From assembly GCA_963663165.1 (NCBI GenBank), contig OY760175.1, forward strand, positions 704,001-768,000: a stretch of DNA of 64,000 nucleotides. The letters run 5' to 3'. This stretch comes from an uncultured Desulfospira sp. (GTDB lineage Bacteria; Desulfobacterota; Desulfobacteria; Desulfobacterales; Desulfobacteraceae). The notes beneath the pieces are model-generated. The model was not told the DNA's origin and did not search any database. It saw only the letters and a list, made by a program, of their open reading frames with translations. This document shows positions 16,521 through 24,952 of this stretch, piece after piece. The translations under genes were made by a program, and so were the position numbers. The first letter of the stretch is position 1. Every line of letters starts with the position of its first letter.

Positions 16521-17144
16521 TTATTTATTATACCTGCGCAGACCGCAAATCCCAATAAGGCCACTAAACATCAGCCAGATGCCTGCAGGAACAGGTACAT
16601 TTGAATAGTCAGGCTCACCGCTGTTAACTGTCAACCCATCAGTCCAACCCCCGTCGAGGTCAAAGTAAGAGGTATCGTCATGGCCCCATTCCACCCAGAT
16701 ATCGTCTCCATCCCAAGTCCCGCCATTAAAAGTAAAACTAACGGAGAACAACAAATAATCCGTGTCTGCATCCATGGTAAATCCTTCGAAGCTCCAGTCG
16801 TAACAACCGGCATGGAAAAGGCTGGCCCCACCAATATCAGTGGAACCATTAAGTGTATACCCTTCAGATTCGTCAGTGCCATAGCTGATCCCATAAGCCA
16901 TGCTGTCCTCAACATAAGTTAATTCCACATCATCGAAACCGAGGTTAAGGCCCCAACCGTATAATGAGTCTTCTGATTCCGTATGAAGATAAACAGATAT
17001 CGTCACCGTATCTCCAATCTCCGCAGTAAGAAGCCCTGCTTCATCAAGTACCAAATAATGAGAGTAAGCTGGTGATGACACCAATATGAATAGCCCCATA
17101 ATTAATCCAATTAAAAGGTACTTTGGGTTAGATATTTTTCTCAT
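16521..17144 (-). CDS. Secreted cohesin-like protein with a VPxP (PEP-CTERM/VPLPA-CTERM) sorting tail
   Basis: Signal peptide; GDTVTISVYL...GWGLNLGFDDVELTYV...LFSVSFTF cohesin-like strand pattern; C-terminal VPVPAGIWLMFSGLIGICGLRR. Confidence 0.75.
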   Translation of the reverse strand: MRKISNPKYLLIGLIMGLFILVSSPAYSHYLVLDEAGLLTAEIGDTVTISVYLHTESEDSLYGWGLNLGFDDVELTYVEDSMAYGISYGTDESEGYTLNGSTDIGGASLFHAGCYDWSFEGFTMDADTDYLLFSVSFTFNGGTWDGDDIWVEWGHDDTSYFDLDGGWTDGLTVNSGEPDYSNVPVPAGIWLMFSGLIGICGLRRYNK

Positions 17145-17181
17145 TTCATTCTCCTTTATGTAAATTCTGTTATTAAATGGT

Positions 17182-18699
17182 TTAATAATATGGTCCCTGA
17201 GTACGCATTCTCAACCTGAAAGCCGAAAGGTCCCTTGAGGTAACCGTACCATCACTGTTCATATCACAATCGGGATTGTAACCCTCATCGCCTTCACTTT
17301 GGCGGTATGATGTTCGAAATGTTGAAAGGTCCCTGGAAGTAACACTGCCATCATTGTTAAAATCCGCATCCGCCGCATTGCCATACATATCATGATCAGT
17401 ATCAGTCTGATCGGCGTTGGCTGTCTCAGGTGCATTATCAATGGCGTCAGGGACACCGTCTGCATCGTTGTCCTCGTCACGGGTTATGGCTGTCACTATA
17501 TCCGGGCCGCCGGTGCTCCAGCCATAATCCTGGTCCACAAAAAGCCGGTTGGCCGTGGGGGTTGACTCGGTGGGGTCGGTATAGCCGTTATCGGTGGCGT
17601 CATCAATAAAAGATTCACCATCGTATGCCAGGGCCTTTTGCCAGTTCCAGCCTGAGGTCGGATTGGTTTTGGCAAGATAGATGAGATCCTCCTGGGAATA
17701 GCCCTCGTCTGGCAGGTCGTTTCCATCGTTGGCAATCATTACAACAAAGCCGGTATCAATGTCATTTTCAACGTCAAATCCACCGTTAATGGTAATGTAA
17801 ACATTGCCTTCCGGATCGCATTCAAAGTCATTGGGGGCGGTGTAATAGGTGGTGCCATCGTCATCAACAAAGGTCGGCAAGGCAATGGTTTCGTCGGCCA
17901 GTGCCGGTGTCAGCACCGAGCCGTTAGAAATTGCCGCACTGATGGTATCGGCTTTGTACATGTAGACGTATTGCTGATCGGCCGGACCGGAACTGGTGTA
18001 ACTGCCGCACCACAGATTTCCAGCGTTGTCAAATGCCATGCCGTTAGAGTATCCGCCGATTTCCACCACCTTCTGCCATGCGCCGTTGGCACGGATAAAA
18101 ATAGCGTGGGGGTCGCTCCAGTAGTTGGCTTCCTTACCAACGAAAAAGGCGGTTCCGGACTGGTCACCGGCAGTGGGCCAGTCTACTTCCCAGGCCCCGG
18201 GCAGCACAAATTCTTCGGTGGCCGTCCCAAAGGTCATGGTATCCAGGTTCGCCGATACGGTATAATATGATCCGCTGTCAGATGTATCTTTGGTATCGGA
18301 AAGCCATATGGTGTCACCGGCCGGGTTGAGCTTTGCTGTACCCGAGTAAACCCCTAATCCCGGGGCAACCTCTGCCACCTCCTGGACCAGGTTGCCGAGT
18401 TGGTCGTAAAGCATGGCTTTGACCGTTCCGGTATAGTCGCTCCAGTTCATGGTATCCTCAGCCTTGAGAAAACACCTGGTTTTGGCTGCTGCAGTACCTT
18501 CAGCCACCTGGGCATAGACCACATCCATGCCCCCGGAGTAATTTCGGGCGGTGTCTTCCATTGTTGCATCCTGGACTGCATAACCATCCTCACCCGCCAT
18601 GCGTTCCGAGGTTGCCCAGCAGGGCACTGTAATAAAGCTCATGATAAAAAGTAATGCTGAAACGGATAGCATCAGTTTTATTAAGTTTGTTTTGTTCAT
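17182..18699 (-). CDS. Secreted acidic beta-propeller-like protein with thrombospondin type 3 repeats and a C-terminal dockerin
   Basis: Signal peptide; blade-like motifs NGMAFDNAGNLW and NDFECDPEGNVYI; DADGVPDAIDNAP...DQTDTDHDMYGNAAD; duplicated Ca-loop-helix DFNNDGSVTSRDL / DMNSDGTVTSRDL. SD AAGGAG before ATG 18699. Confidence 0.8.
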   Translation of the reverse strand: MNKTNLIKLMLSVSALLFIMSFITVPCWATSERMAGEDGYAVQDATMEDTARNYSGGMDVVYAQVAEGTAAAKTRCFLKAEDTMNWSDYTGTVKAMLYDQLGNLVQEVAEVAPGLGVYSGTAKLNPAGDTIWLSDTKDTSDSGSYYTVSANLDTMTFGTATEEFVLPGAWEVDWPTAGDQSGTAFFVGKEANYWSDPHAIFIRANGAWQKVVEIGGYSNGMAFDNAGNLWCGSYTSSGPADQQYVYMYKADTISAAISNGSVLTPALADETIALPTFVDDDGTTYYTAPNDFECDPEGNVYITINGGFDVENDIDTGFVVMIANDGNDLPDEGYSQEDLIYLAKTNPTSGWNWQKALAYDGESFIDDATDNGYTDPTESTPTANRLFVDQDYGWSTGGPDIVTAITRDEDNDADGVPDAIDNAPETANADQTDTDHDMYGNAADADFNNDGSVTSRDLSTFRTSYRQSEGDEGYNPDCDMNSDGTVTSRDLSAFRLRMRTQGPYY

Positions 18700-18909
18700 C
18701 TTATTAAATCTCCTTATTGAATTATTTTGATTTATCAGCCAGATATTCCTGATGATCACCTCCTTATTTTCCTAATTATTTCTCAGCAGGTTCGTTGCTG
18801 GTTATCCGTCGGATTGAAAATGTCTTAAAAAGCGGTGGTAATTTAGAAAGCACCCCCAACCCGGTCTTTTCCCATTAGACGTCATATATAACGAAGGGAA
18901 AAGAAATAC

Positions 18910-18946
18910 TCGTAATATATTGTCGGAATTTGGTAAATTTTTGTCC
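18910..18946 (-). promoter_or_regulatory. Candidate AraC-type tandem operator upstream of the dockerin gene
   Basis: Minus-strand GACAAAAATTTAC and GACAATATATTAC repeated exactly 21 bp apart, followed about 19 nt later by TATATA. Confidence 0.45.
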
Positions 18947-18996
18947 ATTGGACGGCCGTTTGGATAAGCGGTATTTGTTGTTTCTGAATTAACAGG

Positions 18997-19842
18997 TCAC
19001 TGTGACACCCGGCGGCCCTTTCGGTCACTGATTTTTACCTGATTCCGGTAATGGGACGGCAGCATGCCTTCGGATTTATGGAATACCTTTGAAAAATAGG
19101 ACAGATCATTGAATCCCACATGAAAACAGATATCGGTCACGTTCAAATCCGGATTGTTCATCAGGGCCTTGGCCGCTTCCATCCGCCTGGCGTTCAGGTA
19201 GTTTGAAAAGGAAATTCCCATGGTGGATTTAAAGATTCTGGAAAAATACCATTTGCTCATGTGGCACTGTCTGGCCAGATCCTCTATGCCAATGGGTTTT
19301 CTGTAATGTTTATCAATAAATGCCAGGGCGATTTCCAAACTGCGGACCGGATCATTGTCCTGGCCCGGGTCCTGCCCATTGTCCGGAAAACGAATGGCTG
19401 CCGTTAAATGCCGGCCGGTTGAGTCTGACGACGCTTTCCAGAGCCATTGTACCGAAGACAGGGCGGTTTTATAGAAAAAGTTCTGGATAAAGGGATACCG
19501 GTGAATCATGGTTTTAAAATCGTTGATATGCTGAAAGAAAAATACCCCGGGCCGGTTGGCCTTCAGGCAGGTTATGGCAGACCCGCTGATAAAATAATCT
19601 GTGGCACCAAAAAATTCGGCCGCGCCAATGGTTTTAATGGATTCATCGCCATTGGCCGTTTTGATCATGTGATCGGCTGCCCCTGAACTGAGCAGCCCCA
19701 CTGTTTTAATATCCCGGCCCTGATCCTGAAGAATCTGGCCATGTTTGAAGCTGCGGCGGTAAAAGGTTGAACTGATGTTTTCAAGGCTGTGGTTATCTAG
19801 AGCATCAAAACCCGGAATCTGTTTTAAAAGATTTCGTATCAT
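18997..19842 (-). CDS. AraC-family regulator with an N-terminal cNMP-binding-like domain (paralogue 2)
   Basis: LLKQIPGFDALD...GQILQDQG...AEFFG; C-terminal MSKWYFSRIF...VGFNDLSYFSKVF; SD GAGGAG before ATG 19842. Confidence 0.88.
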   Translation of the reverse strand: MIRNLLKQIPGFDALDNHSLENISSTFYRRSFKHGQILQDQGRDIKTVGLLSSGAADHMIKTANGDESIKTIGAAEFFGATDYFISGSAITCLKANRPGVFFFQHINDFKTMIHRYPFIQNFFYKTALSSVQWLWKASSDSTGRHLTAAIRFPDNGQDPGQDNDPVRSLEIALAFIDKHYRKPIGIEDLARQCHMSKWYFSRIFKSTMGISFSNYLNARRMEAAKALMNNPDLNVTDICFHVGFNDLSYFSKVFHKSEGMLPSHYRNQVKISDRKGRRVSQ

Positions 19843-19955
19843 TGTTTTTCTCCTCAAAAGGCCCAATCCGAAAGCGATTGCCTCCTTAGGTTGTTCCTTT
19901 CTCTTCAAAATAGATTGAAGTCCGGCCCGAATCCTCGAGGCCGCCCTTAACTTCT

Positions 19956-20163
19956 AAACCGGGCCAGGTCTTCTGACTTTCAGATCAAGCAAATGGCCGC
20001 GTCTTCCCACCTTTAAGGGACACCTTGTGCCTGCCAGCCTTGATGCAGGCAAAGGCCCCTTTAGGGCAGTGACATGTTGCGGTTTTCTTCTCTGATTACA
20101 GCGGCGGGCCCGTTTCCGATTTTCACGGAATTCCCATTTAACCCATGGCAGGGGGCCCGGTTT
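19956..20163 (-). promoter_or_regulatory. Cobalamin riboswitch 3 (upstream of AraC paralogue 2)
   Basis: Minus strand: AATGGGAATTCCGTGAAAATCGGAA, GGCCCGCCGCTGTAA, GTCACTG...GGGAAGAC, AGTCAGAAGACCTGGCCC; P1 AAACCGGGC/GCCCGGTTT. Confidence 0.93.
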
Positions 20164-20273
20164 TTATTATTTACAAGTTGTTAAAAACTCCTTGGTTCAT
20201 GGCTTGTTTTCCAACAAAAAAATTTGTATTTGTGTTCATCTGCCCACGTGGGCATTTTTTAAGCCTCAGGCCA

Positions 20274-20573
20274 TTAATCATCGTTGTCCTCAGAAGCGTC
20301 ATCATCGCTGTCGCTGCTGTCCTCATCGGAAATGTCATCCAGGTAATTCTCATATATGGCCCGGGCTGCCGTACCGGAAAGCTCTAAAGGCGGCGTGTCA
20401 GCGGGCAGGCCTTCGGGATGAACCGCCTGGGTTTTGATCATGGCCTCAAAGGAGCGGCCGTGATCCGGGGAAAGGGCCTCAGTGGCGCACCCGCCCAACA
20501 GGGCCGTTGAGCCTGTAATGAAAAAAATCAGGGCAATGGTGATCAGGTCAGCGTAAAAGAATCTTTTTTTCAT
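20274..20573 (-). CDS. Small Tad-associated lipoprotein with an acidic tail
   Basis: Lipobox LGGC; DHGRSF...QAVHP motif seen in small tad-locus lipoproteins; overlaps the stop of the TPR gene. Confidence 0.65.
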   Translation of the reverse strand: MKKRFFYADLITIALIFFITGSTALLGGCATEALSPDHGRSFEAMIKTQAVHPEGLPADTPPLELSGTAARAIYENYLDDISDEDSSDSDDDASEDNDD

Positions 20574-21526
20574 GGCTGGTTCTCCAGGGCAGGGCAGGGG
20601 GTTGGATTTGGCACTTCCCGGCTGTCAGTACCGGCCGGATCTTTTATTTTATAGGCGATGGCCGCGGCCTTTTTCCGGTTTTCCATGGCCAGGGCAAAAT
20701 CAGGGTCGGCCTTGACGGCTTTGTCATACATGGAAAGGGCCTGATCAATATGGTTGTTGATGTGATACACATAGCCCTGATTGTTATAGGCCACAGCCTC
20801 GCTGTTGGTGGCTTTAAATGCGGCCAGGGCCTTTTGCTCATTTCCGGCCATGCCGTAGGCAATGCCCAGATTATTGATGGCACGGGCATATCGGGGATCA
20901 ATGGCAATGCTTTTCTTAAAATACCCGATGGCTTCTTCAGGCTGCCCGTTCATGAGGCAGGACACGCCAAAGTTGTTGTAAAAGGCGGCCACGCCCGGAT
21001 CAATCTCAATGGCTCTGGCATAACAGACCCTGGCCTCATCATGGCGGCCCATGGCATCATAGGTCACCCCTAACCCCCCGTGGGCATAGGAAAACCCGGG
21101 GTCTGTTTTCAGGGCCGATTCAAACTGCCGGACCGCCTTGGGGTATTCTTTTTTGCCCCGGTAGCAGACCCCTTTTAAGTAGCAGATTTCCGGGTTATGG
21201 GGATCGGTTTTTTCGGCTTCGTTTAACTGTCCTATGGCCACTTCATAATACTTGTCATGGGTCAGCTGCCGGGCCAGCCCCAGGTAATTGGGAGCCTGGT
21301 TTTTTTCTTTTTTATAGGTCATTTCCTGGAGGGCGGCCTTATCTTCAATGGCCTGTTTTTTCAGTTCATCGCCAATGGTGTCCCGGCCCCCTGAAAAGTA
21401 AGAGGTGCAGGCGGACAACACCAGACAGGCGAGGACCAGGATAAGTTTACCCGGATTTTTTACCAGTGACGTGAATCTGATCCCTGGCCGGGTTGGGTTT
21501 TTTATGTTCATTTGACGTTCCAACAA
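20570..21526 (-). CDS. tadD: TPR lipoprotein, TadD-like pilotin
   Basis: Lipobox LSAC, multiple TPR repeats, position after tadC. Confidence 0.72.
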   Translation of the reverse strand: MLERQMNIKNPTRPGIRFTSLVKNPGKLILVLACLVLSACTSYFSGGRDTIGDELKKQAIEDKAALQEMTYKKEKNQAPNYLGLARQLTHDKYYEVAIGQLNEAEKTDPHNPEICYLKGVCYRGKKEYPKAVRQFESALKTDPGFSYAHGGLGVTYDAMGRHDEARVCYARAIEIDPGVAAFYNNFGVSCLMNGQPEEAIGYFKKSIAIDPRYARAINNLGIAYGMAGNEQKALAAFKATNSEAVAYNNQGYVYHINNHIDQALSMYDKAVKADPDFALAMENRKKAAAIAYKIKDPAGTDSREVPNPTPCPALENQP

Positions 21527-21540
21527 TGTTGTATCCTTTT

Positions 21541-21633
21541 TTATAAGAAAGTATCCCTAACGTCCTGAGAAGACTTTCAATATTTGTTGTGGGCGGTTCT
21601 TGGTTGGATAACCAAGACGGCCCGTGGCCGTTA
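21541..21633. repeat. REP-like two-hairpin repeat, copy 1
   Basis: GAAAG..CTTTC hairpin followed by GTGGGCGGTTCTTGGTTGGATAACCAAGACGGCCC; also at 38937 and 39152. Confidence 0.85.
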
Positions 21634-22545
21634 GTTGATCAATGCGTCCATTAACCGGAGGACCGCAGGACCTAAAATAACGATCATCAGGGACGGCAGT
21701 ACCAGGAACACCAGGGGCAAGGTCAGCTTCACCGCAATTTTAGCCCCTTTTTCCTCGGCAATCTGATGGCGCTCGGTCCGCATGGATTCCGAGTGAATCC
21801 TTAAGGCCCCGGCAATGTCCGTTCCAAACTTTAAAGACTGAAGCACCACCTCCACAAAGGCGTCCAGCCCAGGAGAGTTATTTCTTCGTTTGATATTGCC
21901 CAGGGCCGTGGTCCGGGCCACGCCGCCCCTTGTCTCATAAAAATACTGGGCAAATTCACGGCTTAAAATCGGGGCCACCTGTCTGAGTTCTTTGCTCACC
22001 CTGAGCAGGGCCACCTCAAAGCCTAAACCGGCCTCAATGCACAGCACCATCAGATCCAGGGTATCGGGCAGTTCTCTGAAAATATTTTTTTTCCGTTTTT
22101 TGACCTTTTTTTTCAATACCACCGGCAGCAGGCTGTAAGATACGCTGATGGCAGCAAAGGCCATGGTAATGGAGACCAGGGTGATATTTTCCATCAGGGC
22201 AACGCATAAAAGGGCAAGGGCCAGAACCGTGCCAAAAAGAATCATCCGGATGCCGCAGAACAATTCTAAGGCATGGGCATGCCGGTACCCGGCGCAGGCC
22301 AGGTCCTTTTTTAAGCGGATCTTGTCTTCCCCCTTGGGCAAGGTCTTTTCCCCAATAATCTTAACCCACCGACCCATCCGGCTCATGGACCGGTTCACTT
22401 TTGAGTCAGGGGATTTGCGCTTAAGCCGTTGCCGTATGACCCGGGTCTTTCGGGAATCCTTAACCAGAACCCCAAAGCACAGGCAGACAATGACTAGGGC
22501 CGCAACATTGATGAGAAAGCTGATATCCGTCATAAGCTTAAACAT
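21631..22545 (-). CDS. tadC: Tad inner-membrane platform protein (T2SS F family)
   Basis: ELPDTLDLMVLCIEAGLG, AEEKGAKIAVKLTLPL. Confidence 0.92.
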   Translation of the reverse strand: MFKLMTDISFLINVAALVIVCLCFGVLVKDSRKTRVIRQRLKRKSPDSKVNRSMSRMGRWVKIIGEKTLPKGEDKIRLKKDLACAGYRHAHALELFCGIRMILFGTVLALALLCVALMENITLVSITMAFAAISVSYSLLPVVLKKKVKKRKKNIFRELPDTLDLMVLCIEAGLGFEVALLRVSKELRQVAPILSREFAQYFYETRGGVARTTALGNIKRRNNSPGLDAFVEVVLQSLKFGTDIAGALRIHSESMRTERHQIAEEKGAKIAVKLTLPLVFLVLPSLMIVILGPAVLRLMDALIN

Positions 22546-23494
22546 CCACCTTTGTTAACAGCCGCATCACTAAAAATCCCGTTACATTAAGGACCAGGGC
22601 CGTGATCAGTAAATGCTGCCCCTTGGGGTCATGAAGCAAAATCGACATATATCCCGGGTTGACCAGGTAAATGGCGCCGGAAAAGCCAAAGGGCGCCAAT
22701 CCCAAAAGAAACATGGACAGCCTGCCTTCTGCTGTTATGGCCCGGATCTGCCGGCCTAACTTGAACCGGGAACGCAGGGTGTGGCTTAAGGATTCAAGGA
22801 TCTGGGTTAAATTGCCGCCGGTTTCCTTCTGGATAATAAAAGAGGTGCATAAAAATTTAATTTCCGGAATTTTAGGAAACCGTTTTTCAAAATTTCTTAA
22901 GGCCTGGGCAAAGGCAAGCCCCATGGACAGCTCATCATAAACCAGGCGGATCTCCGTGCTGATGGGCGGCGCCATATTGGTTGAAACCCCGTAAAGGGCC
23001 CGGTCCAGGGACTGCCCGGATTTTAAGGCCCGGACAATAAAATCCATGGTATTGGGCAGCTGGCTGACCATGAGCTGGTTTCGTTTTCTTTTTTTGTGGG
23101 CCACCACCAGAACGGGCAGGGCAAAGCCTGCCACGGCCATGATAACAAACATCAAAAAAGAGCGGGTCATCAGAAAGCCCGCAAGGGAGAAGCCCGCGCC
23201 AAGACCCGATGAAATCAGTAAAAAGGCGTCCAAAGACAGGGCAAGGCCGCTTTGGGCCAACATATCCCCAAGCGTTGATACATCCATTACATGAGAAATC
23301 AGGCGCTCCAGCATGCCGATTTTTCGCTGCCGCTTAAGTTCCAGGCGGCGGATCTGTTTTAAGCTTGGGGCTGTGGCGGCCCGCCGGAGCATGGCCTGCT
23401 TTTTGACGGCCTTTTGATCCAGATAAATATAGTAGCCCCCCATGCACAACAGCCAGACACAGACAAATACCAGAAATGGAATCACATAGGCCAT
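22538..23494 (-). CDS. tadB: Tad inner-membrane platform protein
   Basis: QLPNTMDFIVRALKSGQSL, QKETGGNLTQIL, AITAEGRLS. Confidence 0.92.
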   Translation of the reverse strand: MAYVIPFLVFVCVWLLCMGGYYIYLDQKAVKKQAMLRRAATAPSLKQIRRLELKRQRKIGMLERLISHVMDVSTLGDMLAQSGLALSLDAFLLISSGLGAGFSLAGFLMTRSFLMFVIMAVAGFALPVLVVAHKKRKRNQLMVSQLPNTMDFIVRALKSGQSLDRALYGVSTNMAPPISTEIRLVYDELSMGLAFAQALRNFEKRFPKIPEIKFLCTSFIIQKETGGNLTQILESLSHTLRSRFKLGRQIRAITAEGRLSMFLLGLAPFGFSGAIYLVNPGYMSILLHDPKGQHLLITALVLNVTGFLVMRLLTKVDV

Positions 23495-23497
23495 GGG

Positions 23498-24850
23498 TCA
23501 CCGTCCTGCCGGAATGCAAAAGTTAAACATCTCTTTATCCAGGCGATGGCCGGAACGCCTCAAATGGTCCACAAACCGGGACGGGGTGCCCGTGCTTTTA
23601 AAGCAGCCGTAAATGGTCCCGTCCTCATGAATCCCTTCCTGCTCAAAAACAAAAATATCCTGGAGCTTGATCTGGTTGTTTTCCACGCCCATAACTTCGG
23701 ACAGAGAGATAAATTTACGGGTCCCGTCGGGCAGGCGGGTTAAGTGGACAATCAGATGGATGGCGCTGGCCATGAGTGAGCGCAGGGCATTTTCTGAAAT
23801 GGCCAGGGTGCCCATGCCCACCATGACCTCAAGGCGTGACAGGGCATCTCTGGCCGAATTGGCATGGATGGTGGAAATGGATCCGGGATGGCCTGTGTTC
23901 ATGGCCTGGAGCATGTCCATGGCCTCGGCCCCCCTGACCTCGCCCACAATGATCCGGTCCGGCCGCATCCTCAAGGAGTTGATGACCAGATCCCTTAAAG
24001 AGACCTCGCCTCTGCCCTCTATATTGGCCGGCCGTGATTCAAGCCTGGTCACCTGGGGCTGCTGAAGCTGTAGCTCGGCACTGTCTTCAATGGTGATGAT
24101 TCGTTCGGACTTGGGGATAAAGGTGGACATGGCATTTAAAAAAGTGGTTTTCCCGCTGCCGGTGCCGCCGGAGATCAGGATATTGAGCTTGGTCTGAATG
24201 GCCTTGGAAATAAATTCCACGATCTGGGGAACAATACTGGTGCCGGACAGCAAATCTTTCAAGGTGATGGGCGTGTAACCGAATTTTCGAATGGACAGCT
24301 GGGGCCCGTCAATGGCCAGGGGCGGAATCACCGCATTTACCCTGGAACCGTCGGGAAGCCTGGCATCCACCATGGGGCTTGATTCATCAATCCGCCGGCC
24401 CACGGTGGAGACAATCCGGTCAATAATCTGCATTAGGTGTTCATTGTCCCGGAATTTGATGGCCGTGGGATAAAGGATGCCTTTTTTTTCCACCACCACC
24501 TGGTTGTGGGTGTTCACCAGGATATCCTGGATGGTGTCGTCTTTCAGCAGCGGTTCAATGGGGCCCAACCCTAAAATCTCATCCACCACGTCGGAGACCA
24601 GGGTGTCCAGTTCTTTTCGGTTCAACGGAATGTTTTCAGCGGCGGACACATCAATGGCGACCTCCCTGATCCACTCCCGTAAGGTGTTTTCAGGAATGTC
24701 CTCAATGGTGGAAAAATCAATCACATCAATGAGCCGGGAATGGACCCGGGTCTTGATGGTATGATAGGCTGTAAAATCCAGATTGACCGACGCGGTGAGC
24801 GCCTGGCTCCCGGATGATTGGACCATTCCAAATTTATCAGCTAATTTCAT
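23498..24850 (-). CDS. tadA: Tad pilus motor ATPase CpaF/TadA
   Basis: [52 protein letters not shown]. Confidence 0.96.
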   Translation of the reverse strand: MKLADKFGMVQSSGSQALTASVNLDFTAYHTIKTRVHSRLIDVIDFSTIEDIPENTLREWIREVAIDVSAAENIPLNRKELDTLVSDVVDEILGLGPIEPLLKDDTIQDILVNTHNQVVVEKKGILYPTAIKFRDNEHLMQIIDRIVSTVGRRIDESSPMVDARLPDGSRVNAVIPPLAIDGPQLSIRKFGYTPITLKDLLSGTSIVPQIVEFISKAIQTKLNILISGGTGSGKTTFLNAMSTFIPKSERIITIEDSAELQLQQPQVTRLESRPANIEGRGEVSLRDLVINSLRMRPDRIIVGEVRGAEAMDMLQAMNTGHPGSISTIHANSARDALSRLEVMVGMGTLAISENALRSLMASAIHLIVHLTRLPDGTRKFISLSEVMGVENNQIKLQDIFVFEQEGIHEDGTIYGCFKSTGTPSRFVDHLRRSGHRLDKEMFNFCIPAGR

Positions 24851-24871
24851 TTTAAAAAAATCCCTAATTTT

Positions 24872-24948
24872 TTAGCATTTAGCTATTAGCCGTTAGCGGT
24901 TAGCCGGCAGAACTTTCCCTTATAGGCTAACAGCTAAAAGCTAATAGC
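24872..24948. repeat. Palindromic heptamer repeat, TTAGCnn family (inside the tad operon)
   Basis: TTAGCAT TTAGCTA TTAGCCG TTAGCGG TTAGCCG ... GGCTAA CAGCTAA AAGCTAA TAGCT. Confidence 0.8.
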
Positions 24949-24952
24949 TCTT

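Noticed and set aside
18754..18766. GATCACCTCCTTA, identical to a 16S rRNA 3' end
   Set aside because: Not an rRNA fragment because the flanks are unrelated. It reads as a perfect SD on the minus strand but has no properly spaced ATG; the ATG at 18699 has its own SD.
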